From: Weeksellaceae bacterium
GTDB lineage: Bacteria > Bacteroidota > Bacteroidia > Flavobacteriales > Weeksellaceae
DNA length: 64,000 bases
Direction of reading: 5' to 3'
Assembly: GCA_048268105.1 (NCBI GenBank)
Contig: JBLWWH010000004.1
Location: 89,209 to 153,208, forward strand
Shown: positions 30,245 through 39,025 of the stretch, piece after piece
Numbering within the stretch: position 1 is the stretch's first letter
Layout of the letters: the number at the start of each line of letters is the position of its first letter
Notes under the pieces: generated by a model
Told to the model about the DNA's origin: nothing
Database searches by the model: none
Seen by the model: only the letters and a program-made list of their open reading frames with translations
Made by a program: the position numbers and the translations under genes

Positions 30245-30958
30245 GTGAACGACTTTATTGATTTAGTATTTTCAACTGTAAACCTTCCGCTGAGTTTATT
30301 GCTTATCATCTTAATTCTCTATTGGATTTTTACGATGATCAGCGGTATCGACTTCGACCTCGATTTTGATGTGGATATCGACATCGACACCGATTTTGAT
30401 TTGGACATGGACGCTGGCATAGAAGGTGGAAATGCGGATTTTGAAGATGTAGCCAGCACAGAAATTAACCAAGAAGATATTGTCGGTCGAAGACAAAAAC
30501 CCCTGAAATGGTGGCAAGTTTTTCTTATTTATTTCAATTTTGTGGGTTTGCCTTTTATGTTCACGTTCACAGTCTTTGTGTTTGCTTGGTGGTTTATCAC
30601 CATGGTGACAACAGATTTAACTTTTTCGGCAAATCATTGGGTAGGCGTTATTATATTTATATTAGCCATTATTCCCGCACTTATTTTCACTAAAATCTTC
30701 ACAACTCCTTTCAAAGCTTTCTTTGCTAAATTGAACAAAGATGGCGACCAAGCCATTGATTTCTTAGGCAGAAAAGGCACCAGTTTATCCACTATTAAAG
30801 ACGATAAAATGGGAAGAGCAGAAATTATGGTCAATGGAAGCCCCATGAACCTGTATATCAAATCATTGCATGGTGAAGAAATAGCTTATCATCAAAGTAT
30901 TTTAATCATTAAAGAATCATCAGATAAAAACTTTTTTTACGTAGAATCCTATAACTAA
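30245..30958 (+). CDS. YqiJ/NfeD-like inner-membrane protein (DUF1449-like) with C-terminal OB-fold, partner of flotillin
   Basis: It has TM helices and a C-terminal soluble beta domain (GRKGTSLSTIKDDKMGRAEIMVNGSPMNLYIKSL). It is positioned like yqiJ upstream of the yqiK-type flotillin. It contains the acidic D-x-D repeat. Confidence 0.55.
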   Translation: MNDFIDLVFSTVNLPLSLLLIILILYWIFTMISGIDFDLDFDVDIDIDTDFDLDMDAGIEGGNADFEDVASTEINQEDIVGRRQKPLKWWQVFLIYFNFVGLPFMFTFTVFVFAWWFITMVTTDLTFSANHWVGVIIFILAIIPALIFTKIFTTPFKAFFAKLNKDGDQAIDFLGRKGTSLSTIKDDKMGRAEIMVNGSPMNLYIKSLHGEEIAYHQSILIIKESSDKNFFYVESYN

Positions 30959-30965
30959 TAATTAA

Positions 30966-33035
30966 ATGAACTCAATTTTAACCATTGTCATTGTAGCCAT
31001 CGTGCTCGTCCTCTTTTTGGTGATTGTCTATTTCGCCATTATTGCCATGTTCTATCGCAAAGTACCACAAGGTGAAGCGCTCGTAAGAACTGGATTTGGA
31101 GGAATTAAAATCGCAACCGATAAAGGAATGTATGCTATTCCAGTCTTGCACAAAATAGAAATCATGGATATTTCTGTAAAGAAAATCCAAATTGAAAGAA
31201 CACATACAGAAGGTCTTGTTTGTCGAGATAATATGCGAGCAGACATAAAAGTAGCCTACTTTGTTCGGGTAAACAATGAAGTCGATGCCATTAAAAAAGT
31301 GGCACAAACCATCGGTTGTAATCGCGCTTCTGACATTGAAACCTTGCGCGATTTATTCGAAGCTAAATTTTCTGAAGCTTTAAAAACCGTGGGTAAAAAA
31401 TTCGATTTTATTGAATTATATGAAGCACGTCGTGAATTCCGGGATGAAATCGTGAATATTATAGGCACAGACCTAAATGGTTATACCTTAGAAGATTGTG
31501 CGATTGATTATTTGGAGCAAACGCCGCTTGAATATTTAAAACCAGATAATATCTTAGATGCAGAAGGAATTAAAAAAGTGACAGAATTAACGGCCGTTCA
31601 GAATATGAAAGCCAATTTCATTAAAAGAGATGAAGAAAAAACCATTCGCAAACAAGATGTAGAGGCGCGCGAGGCTATTCTAGAATTAGATAAACAATTG
31701 GCGGAAAAAGAAGAACAACAGAAACGTGAAATATCGAATATCCAATCTCGGGAACATGCAGAAATCCTGAAAGTAGCTGAAGAAGAAAGATTAAAATCTG
31801 AAACGGCACGAATTGCAACAGAAGAAAAAGTGAAAGTTGCAGAAGAAAATATGTTACGACAAATTATTGTTGCCGAAAAGAATAAACTCCGTACAGATGC
31901 TGTTGAAACCGAGCGAGTTGAAAAAGATAGAATGCTAGAAGCAACTGAACGTGAGCGAATTGTAACTTTAGCGCAAATAGAAAAAGAGAAAGTTGTTGAG
32001 GTAGAGAAAAAGAATATTCAAGATGTGATTCGAGAGCGAGTTTCTCTGGAGAAAGGAGTTGTGCAAGAGCAAGAAAACATGAAGGATATCGAAGCTTTTA
32101 AAACTGCAGATCGTGAGAAACAAGTGAAAATCACCGTCGCTGAAGGTAATGCACAAGAAGATTTGATCAAAGTAATCAAAGCCGCAGAAGCCGCCAAAGA
32201 AGCTGCAAAACAACGCGCAGAAGAAATAAATATCGAAGCACAGGCACACAAAGAAGCCAGTGAAAAAGAAGCAGAAGCTCGTAAAACTTTAGCCGAAGCC
32301 AAAGCCAAAGAGGATGCAACGCTTGGATTAGCAGAAGCCCAAGTGATGCATGCCAAAGCAGACGCGAACGAAAGAGAAGGATTGGTGAAAGCCTCTATCA
32401 CAGAGAAACAAGCACTTGCCGAAGCCAAAGGAATTGAAGCCAAAGCCGATGCAAAACGTAAAGATGGTATTGCTGAGGCCGATGTGATCAAAGAAAAAGC
32501 ATTGGCGGATGCCGCTGGAATTGTTGAGAAAGCAGATGCCATGAAAAAACTAGACGGTGTTGGAAAAGAACACGAAGAGTTTAAGTTGCAGTTAGACAAA
32601 GAATTACAAGTTGATTTAGCGCACATTAATATCCAAAAAGACATTGCCGATGCACAAGCACAAGTGATTGGAGATGCCTTGAAAGCTGCGAAAATTGATA
32701 TCGTGGGTGGCGAAACCATGTTCTTTGATCAGATTATTGGTCAAATTACAAGAGCTAAGGGATTAGATCGTCTTGTAAACCACAGTGAAAATGTGAAACA
32801 AGTGAAGGATGCTTTATTGGGTGGCGATGATGAAGTGAAAGGAAATTTATTGGAAAAAATTAAAGATTTCTCCGATAAATATAATATTTCGTCAGAAGAC
32901 ATTAAAAACTTATCGATTGCTAATTTGATTTTTAATATGCAAAATCAAGCGAAAGATAAAGACGAACAAAACATGTTGTCCAACCTGTTGAATTTAGCCA
33001 AAGGAATGGGTATTGAAAATAAAAAGTTGAAATAA
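30966..33035 (+). CDS. Flotillin-family SPFH/band-7 protein (YqiK-like) with long Ala/Glu/Lys-rich coiled-coil extension
   Basis: The N-terminal TM is followed by the SPFH core (VRTGFGGIKIATDKGMYAIPVLHKIEIMDISVKKIQI). Long EA-rich heptads follow. It is 689 aa. Confidence 0.85.
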   Translation: MNSILTIVIVAIVLVLFLVIVYFAIIAMFYRKVPQGEALVRTGFGGIKIATDKGMYAIPVLHKIEIMDISVKKIQIERTHTEGLVCRDNMRADIKVAYFVRVNNEVDAIKKVAQTIGCNRASDIETLRDLFEAKFSEALKTVGKKFDFIELYEARREFRDEIVNIIGTDLNGYTLEDCAIDYLEQTPLEYLKPDNILDAEGIKKVTELTAVQNMKANFIKRDEEKTIRKQDVEAREAILELDKQLAEKEEQQKREISNIQSREHAEILKVAEEERLKSETARIATEEKVKVAEENMLRQIIVAEKNKLRTDAVETERVEKDRMLEATERERIVTLAQIEKEKVVEVEKKNIQDVIRERVSLEKGVVQEQENMKDIEAFKTADREKQVKITVAEGNAQEDLIKVIKAAEAAKEAAKQRAEEINIEAQAHKEASEKEAEARKTLAEAKAKEDATLGLAEAQVMHAKADANEREGLVKASITEKQALAEAKGIEAKADAKRKDGIAEADVIKEKALADAAGIVEKADAMKKLDGVGKEHEEFKLQLDKELQVDLAHINIQKDIADAQAQVIGDALKAAKIDIVGGETMFFDQIIGQITRAKGLDRLVNHSENVKQVKDALLGGDDEVKGNLLEKIKDFSDKYNISSEDIKNLSIANLIFNMQNQAKDKDEQNMLSNLLNLAKGMGIENKKLK

Positions 33036-33154
33036 AATTAATTATATGTCATGTGGAAATCTTCTGCATGACATTTCCTTCAATCAAACATTCACAGCGT
33101 TAAACATGAAGGAAAATTATATTTTTTATAACGCTATATTTAAAAAATAGTAAA

Positions 33155-33433
33155 ATGAAACCACTTTTAATTTCAAAAAACACAACCCTCATCATAGCGA
33201 TCATGGGAGCTTTAATTAGCATTTTTGGTGCATGGATAAGAATTTATCAGTTTTCGAATAATTTCATACCAAACAGTACGATTTTCCTTTCGATAGGTTT
33301 GGTGATGAGTTTAATTGCATGGTTTGTAGTATTTTATGATATTATGTTAAATCCACTTAGAAATAAATTTTTGTGGATTATTGGGATGTTTTTCGCAAGT
33401 CTCATAACTGTTATTTTTTATTTATTAAGATAA
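33155..33433 (+). CDS. Small 3-TM membrane protein, PLDc_N-like (cardiolipin-synthase N-terminal domain family)
   Basis: It is 92 aa. The C-terminal pattern W...D......NKFLWIIGMFF...IFYLLR matches the PLDc_N motif. Confidence 0.45.
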   Translation: MKPLLISKNTTLIIAIMGALISIFGAWIRIYQFSNNFIPNSTIFLSIGLVMSLIAWFVVFYDIMLNPLRNKFLWIIGMFFASLITVIFYLLR

Positions 33434-33525
33434 ACACATGATTAGAAAAGATATGAACTTTTAAATTTCACTTCCTTACATCTCGCTAGAATTGTCAACA
33501 AACACTAAAATTAATCGCATTTATA

Positions 33526-36500
33526 ATGCCTGAAACTACCCAAAACATTGCCTCTGGAACCTACGAAATCATTCGTAACCGACTTCATCAGCACAAAGAT
33601 GATTTGCAGAAACGCTTAAATTCATTGAATGCGGAGCGCCAGAAAGTCTTTGGTTCGTTGGAGACCAAGTTGATTGCAAATGATAGAATTAACACCGACA
33701 ACAGTTGCATTGCAAGCGATATTATATCCTTAGATAACCTGTGTATTTTTGGGTATAATGTTCATTTTGGATTACGCACAAAAATTCAGTTAAATGATGT
33801 TTTTAGTATTTATGAATTCAGTGAAAATCAATTTCATCCTAAATCTTTGGAATTAATCAATGATTCTACTTTTATTATAGATTTCACCAATCTTTATAAA
33901 TATTACAGAAATACATTTTTCACCCGATTTGCGATTATAGGTAATTATCTGCACATGGTTTTTCAGCTCAGTGAAAATGTTTCTGACATCAAAACATTTA
34001 AGTGGTTGATTAATGATCAAACCCTGACGTATGTTGATAACAGAAGCGAACACGAGTATAAATTCCCAGCGCAACACGAATTTCGTTGGCAATCGGTTGG
34101 GCGCGAAATGCACCGTTATGGAACTTTTCCCCACGCATCGATTTTAGATAAAGTTTTTGTGGAAACCATTGGTGGTGATCTTACGATTAAAATAGAAGAC
34201 AATACAGAAGATGGCGAAGGAATCTATTCAGAACCCGTAGAATATGCGGATCAAACCCTAGATGACGGACAAATCAGATATGCAGATTTAGGGAATCTTA
34301 TTGTTTTTGAGGTCAAGCCATTTCAAGAGAAATCACGCTATTTTGTTTATAATCATAAACTTAGAGAAGTAAATAAAATTGATTCCTTGGGCGATGCTTG
34401 TATTTTATTGCCAGACGAACAAGGAATTATTTTCCCGACAGGATATTATTTGCAAACCGGTGAATATTATTTGTTTGATAATGTGATTCCAGAAATTAAA
34501 TTTGCTCAAAAAATACTTTCGCCCAATGGAGAAGATGTGCTTTTTGTTTTTTATTTGCCCAAAGAAGGATTGTACAATTTGATGTCGTATAATGTGATTT
34601 CGCAGGAGATTTTGACGCCGATTATTTGTAGTGGTTTTACGATTATTAAAGATGGTGAATTATGTTATTTCAAAAGTGAAGAAGAACAAACCCGCCATCA
34701 TCTCATCCAAATTTGGCAAACTCCCTACTTGAAAGGTGAATTTGTTCCAACCGAACACAAAGATAATTTTTTATATAAAGTAGGTAATAAGGACATTGTG
34801 AAAGCCATGGCAGAAACCCATGCTTTGATTACTTTGTTAAGTAAAGAAGATAATTATGCGGGTTTATATGCTGATATCACCAAGTCTGCCAAAAATATAG
34901 CAGATGCATATTATTGGATTTCAGATGATAATGCTTTTGCATTATCTGCGCCTTTAAAAGAAATTCAAAATGCAGCCAAAGCGGCGATTGATGAATTTGA
35001 AAAAGTAGTTCAATTTAAGAAGAATGCAGAAGCGCAAATCAAAGAAATTCAAACGAAATCTAAAGCTTTATTTAGTAAAATAAAAGGTTCGTCTTTCAAG
35101 AATATAGATGATTTTGTTCAATCTTTAAGTGGTTTACGTAACCTGCGGGGTGAGGTGATTACGCTAAAAGAAGTTCGTTATATCGACACCGATATTTTGG
35201 CTGAAATTGAACAGGAAATCGTAGAAGAAACCGAGCGTTTATCTCAAAAATCGGTTCATTTTTTATTAGAAGATAAAGCCCTTGATCCTTATCATGAAAG
35301 AGTTAAAGAAAAGGAAAAATATCTGGACGATATAAAAAAAGCCATCGATGCCAAAAATCTCGAAAAAGAAGTAGTTCAAATTGCGACAGATTTGGAAATG
35401 TTAATCGAAATTGTATCGAATCTTAAGATTGAAGACACTTCGCAATCCACCAAAATCATAGATAATATTTCGTTGATTTTTGCCCATATCAATCAGTTGA
35501 AAGCAGCGATTAAAAATAAAATTAACAACCTGGGCGGCGACGAAGCCAAGGCAGATTTTGCAGCACAAATGAAATTGGTTGAGCAGAGTTTAATCAATTT
35601 GATTGATTTGGCAGATACGCCCGCAAAATGTGATGAATTTCAATCTAAAATTACCGTTCAACTCGAAGAACTCGAAAGTAAATTCGCTGATTATGATGCA
35701 TTTATTGTACAAATCATGGAAAAGCGAGAAGAGATTTATGATGCTTTTGATGCCCGAAAAAATAATTTAATCGAAAGACAAAATCAACGAATTTCAACCC
35801 TTAAAACTTCAGCTGAAAGAATTCTCAAAAATGTTGAAAAAAAGGCAGATACCTTAAAATCTAATGAGGAAATTCATGGTTATTTTGCTTCTGATTTAAT
35901 GGTGAGCAAAGTGCGTGATATCATTGCGCAACTAGAGGAATTGGATGATAGAGGTGGCGCAGAGGATATTTTAACTTCGCTTAAAACAGCCAAAGAAGAC
36001 AGTCTTCGGAAATTGCGTGACAAACAAGATTTATATGAAGATGGAGAAAACATCATCAAATTGGGTGATCATAAATTTGGTGTTAACCGTCAAGCTTTGG
36101 AATTAACCATGTTGTACAAAGACGAAAAACCTTATTTTCATCTCGCTGGAACAGATTATTATCAGAGTTTTGATAATGAAACTTTGGCAGCTTCTAAATA
36201 TTGGACACAAGAATATAGTTCGGAAAACAAACAGGTCTATCGTGCTGAATATCTGGCGTATAAGATTTTTAAAACAAAATCTATGGCAAGCTTAGAAAAA
36301 GCTACTCATGAAGATATGGCGGAATGGATTCAAAAAGAAAGTAGCGAAAACTATACAGAAGGTTACACCAAAGGCGTTCATGATCAGGATGCGTTGGCAA
36401 TTCTGGAAGTGCTGATTCAAAAACATCTCGATTTAAAATTATTGCGTTATAATGCTAAAATCAGAGCGGCAGCGCAATTCTTTTGGTATCAAAAAACGGA

Positions 36501-38376
36501 AGAAGAAAGGTTCGAGAAAAATCGAAAAATTAAATCTGCAGGAGAGATTATTCAACTATTTCCTGGTTCCGATGCTTTTGATTTTGTTTTAAATAGATTA
36601 ATAAATGAAATTTCTATTTTCGCCCAAGAATCTAACTTATTTTCAGCAGACTTAGCCCAAGATATGGCGCAATATTTAATGCAAGAATTGCAGCATGACG
36701 ATGCCTTCCAGATCAGTCAGGCATCTAAGAATATTCAAAATGAAGTTGAAAAATACTTAAAAGAAAAAAATTCTGATATTGCTTTTTACAACGCCATAGA
36801 AAACACACAAAGTTATGTGGAGAAAATAGAATTGGTGCGTCAATATGTTAAAGCTTTTATTCAGTCAAAACCCAAAGAATTTAATCCAAATTACATCGAC
36901 GAAGTCGTTGCCAATATATTATTTTCTGATTTGTCTTATGAGCCGATTAATGCCATTTCAGCGCAAGAAGAAATTAAAGATTTAAAAGGAACTCATGAAG
37001 TTATTCAAAATGGTACGTATCATTTTGATTATCAAGAATTTATACAAAAACTTGGATATTTTCATGATATTGAAGTTCCTGCCTTTGAGCAATTTAGAAA
37101 AGAAAAAGCAAAATTAATTGAGGTTGAAAAAGAAAAATTAAAACTTCATACGTTCCAACCCAATGTGCTTTCATCTTTTGTGAGAAATAAATTAATAGAT
37201 GAGGTTTATTTGCCTTTGTTCGGAGATAATTTCGCCAAACAGTTAGGAACTGCCGATGCCCATCAACGCATAGACCGCATGGGATTGTTGTTGTTGATTT
37301 CTCCTCCAGGATATGGTAAAACTACTTTAATGGAATATTTGGCGAACCGTTTGGGCTTGGTTTTCATGAAAATAAACGGACCTACGATTGGACACGAAGT
37401 GACTTCCGTAGATCCGATGGCGGCCAAGAATTCAGCGGCGAGAGAGGAATTAATTAAATTAAATCTCGCCTTTGAAATGGGCAACAATGTTATGTTGTAT
37501 TTAGATGATATTCAGCATTGTAATCCCGAATTCCTACAAAAATTCATTTCTTTATCAGATGGAACTCGTTCCATAGAAGGCGTTTATAATGGAAGATCGA
37601 AAACCTATAACCTGAGAGGAAAGAAATTCGCGGTGGTGATGGCTGGAAATCCTTACACAGAAAGTGGTGCCAAGTTCCAAGTGCCCGATATGTTGACCAA
37701 TCGAGCCGATATTTACAATTTGGGAGATATCATTGGAAACACCAAAAAGTTATTTGAAATGAGTTTGATTGAAAATGCGATTACCAGCAATGCCGACATC
37801 AGACAAATGAGAAATACATCGATGAAAGATGTTTATCAACTCATAGATAAAGTAGAGAACAATTCAGAAATTGAATTGGAAGGAAAATATTCTCCTCAAG
37901 AAATTAATGATTATACTTCTGTGTTAGAAAAAATGCTGAAAGTGAGAGATGTGGTGTTGAAGGTGAATTCTGCTTACATCAAATCGGCAGCCATGGAAGA
38001 TGAATATCGTACAGAACCTGCGTTTAAGCTACAAGGTTCTTATCGTGATATGAATAAGTTGGTGAGCAAAATTGTTCCTGTAATGAACGATCAAGAATTA
38101 GAAAGTTTATTGTTATCTCATTATGAATCAGAAGCTCAAACTTTGACGTCATCTGCAGAAGCCAATTTATTGAAATACAAAGAATTAACGAATAAGCTAA
38201 CAAAAGAAGAAAACCAACGTTGGAATGAAATTAAAACTATATTTGAGAAAAACAATAAGTTAAAAGGTTTTGGAAATAAAAATGAAATGGCACAAGTTTT
38301 ATCCCAACTCATGAATTTTGGAGAAAACTTAGAAGGAATAAAGGAGATTCTCGCCAAAGGACTCGACTCAAAATAA
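33526..38376 (+). CDS. Giant (1616 aa) multidomain protein with C-terminal-proximal MoxR/McrB-like AAA_5 ATPase core
   Basis: The Walker A is LLISPPGYGKTT (nt ~37303-37323). The Walker B is VMLYLDDIQ (nt ~37495-37509). The sensor pattern is FAVVMAGNPYTESG...VPDMLTNRADIYNL. The N-terminal ~450 aa are beta-rich. A ~350-aa coiled-coil lies between residues 470 and 820. Confidence 0.6.
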   Translation: MPETTQNIASGTYEIIRNRLHQHKDDLQKRLNSLNAERQKVFGSLETKLIANDRINTDNSCIASDIISLDNLCIFGYNVHFGLRTKIQLNDVFSIYEFSENQFHPKSLELINDSTFIIDFTNLYKYYRNTFFTRFAIIGNYLHMVFQLSENVSDIKTFKWLINDQTLTYVDNRSEHEYKFPAQHEFRWQSVGREMHRYGTFPHASILDKVFVETIGGDLTIKIEDNTEDGEGIYSEPVEYADQTLDDGQIRYADLGNLIVFEVKPFQEKSRYFVYNHKLREVNKIDSLGDACILLPDEQGIIFPTGYYLQTGEYYLFDNVIPEIKFAQKILSPNGEDVLFVFYLPKEGLYNLMSYNVISQEILTPIICSGFTIIKDGELCYFKSEEEQTRHHLIQIWQTPYLKGEFVPTEHKDNFLYKVGNKDIVKAMAETHALITLLSKEDNYAGLYADITKSAKNIADAYYWISDDNAFALSAPLKEIQNAAKAAIDEFEKVVQFKKNAEAQIKEIQTKSKALFSKIKGSSFKNIDDFVQSLSGLRNLRGEVITLKEVRYIDTDILAEIEQEIVEETERLSQKSVHFLLEDKALDPYHERVKEKEKYLDDIKKAIDAKNLEKEVVQIATDLEMLIEIVSNLKIEDTSQSTKIIDNISLIFAHINQLKAAIKNKINNLGGDEAKADFAAQMKLVEQSLINLIDLADTPAKCDEFQSKITVQLEELESKFADYDAFIVQIMEKREEIYDAFDARKNNLIERQNQRISTLKTSAERILKNVEKKADTLKSNEEIHGYFASDLMVSKVRDIIAQLEELDDRGGAEDILTSLKTAKEDSLRKLRDKQDLYEDGENIIKLGDHKFGVNRQALELTMLYKDEKPYFHLAGTDYYQSFDNETLAASKYWTQEYSSENKQVYRAEYLAYKIFKTKSMASLEKATHEDMAEWIQKESSENYTEGYTKGVHDQDALAILEVLIQKHLDLKLLRYNAKIRAAAQFFWYQKTEEERFEKNRKIKSAGEIIQLFPGSDAFDFVLNRLINEISIFAQESNLFSADLAQDMAQYLMQELQHDDAFQISQASKNIQNEVEKYLKEKNSDIAFYNAIENTQSYVEKIELVRQYVKAFIQSKPKEFNPNYIDEVVANILFSDLSYEPINAISAQEEIKDLKGTHEVIQNGTYHFDYQEFIQKLGYFHDIEVPAFEQFRKEKAKLIEVEKEKLKLHTFQPNVLSSFVRNKLIDEVYLPLFGDNFAKQLGTADAHQRIDRMGLLLLISPPGYGKTTLMEYLANRLGLVFMKINGPTIGHEVTSVDPMAAKNSAAREELIKLNLAFEMGNNVMLYLDDIQHCNPEFLQKFISLSDGTRSIEGVYNGRSKTYNLRGKKFAVVMAGNPYTESGAKFQVPDMLTNRADIYNLGDIIGNTKKLFEMSLIENAITSNADIRQMRNTSMKDVYQLIDKVENNSEIELEGKYSPQEINDYTSVLEKMLKVRDVVLKVNSAYIKSAAMEDEYRTEPAFKLQGSYRDMNKLVSKIVPVMNDQELESLLLSHYESEAQTLTSSAEANLLKYKELTNKLTKEENQRWNEIKTIFEKNNKLKGFGNKNEMAQVLSQLMNFGENLEGIKEILAKGLDSK

Positions 38377-38419
38377 TAGGTTATCTTTGCCTACATATAA
38401 AATAGTTAAATCTTATAGT

Positions 38420-38923
38420 ATGAAAACAGTAAAAATGATTCTTTTAAGTGTGGCATTTACCGCAGCCCTAGTAAGTTGTAAAAACGAAGCTGCGAACGAT
38501 GCTGATGCCATTGTCTTAACTGAAGATGAAACAAACCACGATGAGCATGCCATGGAAAACCATGATGATATGGAACATCACGATGTCGATGAAAGCGTTG
38601 TGAGTGAGCCTATTTCTTTGAATGATGGTGAAAAATGGGTGGTTAATGAAGAAATGAAACCTTTTGTTTCGCAAGGTGAAAATTTGGTTAATACTTACGA
38701 TGGAGACCATAAGGCGCTCGCTGTCAATCTAACAGAACAAAACAATCAATTGATAAAAAGTTGCACTATGGAAGGAACAAGCCATGATGAGTTACACAAA
38801 TGGTTACATCCACATTTGGAAATGGTGAAAGAATTAGGCGATATGGATCATCAAGAGGCTGCAGATAAGCAAGTAGACGAGATTAAAAACTCATACCAAG
38901 TTTATCACGAGTATTTTCAATAA
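38420..38923 (+). CDS. His/Asp/Glu-rich lipoprotein (candidate periplasmic metal-binding protein)
   Basis: The lipobox is AALVSC. The acidic His-rich run is NHDEHAMENHDDMEHHDVDES. The ORF track starts at 38387, but the signal-peptide Met at 38420 is the more likely start. Confidence 0.4.
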   Translation: MKTVKMILLSVAFTAALVSCKNEAANDADAIVLTEDETNHDEHAMENHDDMEHHDVDESVVSEPISLNDGEKWVVNEEMKPFVSQGENLVNTYDGDHKALAVNLTEQNNQLIKSCTMEGTSHDELHKWLHPHLEMVKELGDMDHQEAADKQVDEIKNSYQVYHEYFQ

Positions 38924-38972
38924 TACACATGGTCTGAAACTAGAGCTATTTTAGAGAGACATATTAATCCAT

Positions 38973-39010
38973 AAAAAAGCCGTTGCAATTGCAACGGCTT
39001 TTTTTTTTTA
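38973..39010. terminator. Bidirectional terminator: A6 plus perfect 20-bp palindrome GCCGTTGCAATTGCAACGGC plus T11
   Basis: It lies between the convergent 38420-38923 (+) and 39026-39817 (-) genes. Confidence 0.7.
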
Positions 39011-39025
39011 GATTTTATATTAAGA

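Noticed and set aside
32018-32719. 233-aa Ala/Ser-rich minus-strand ORF
   Set aside because: It mirrors the GAA/GCA-rich coiled-coil coding of the flotillin gene and has no plausible start or signal. It is a compositional artefact.
33036-33154. Hairpin ATGTCATG-(13 nt)-CATGACAT (33046-33074) after the flotillin gene as a strong terminator
   Set aside because: It is only an 8-bp stem with a large loop and a poor T-tract (TTTCCTTC). At most it is a weak attenuator, so it is not called as a terminator feature.
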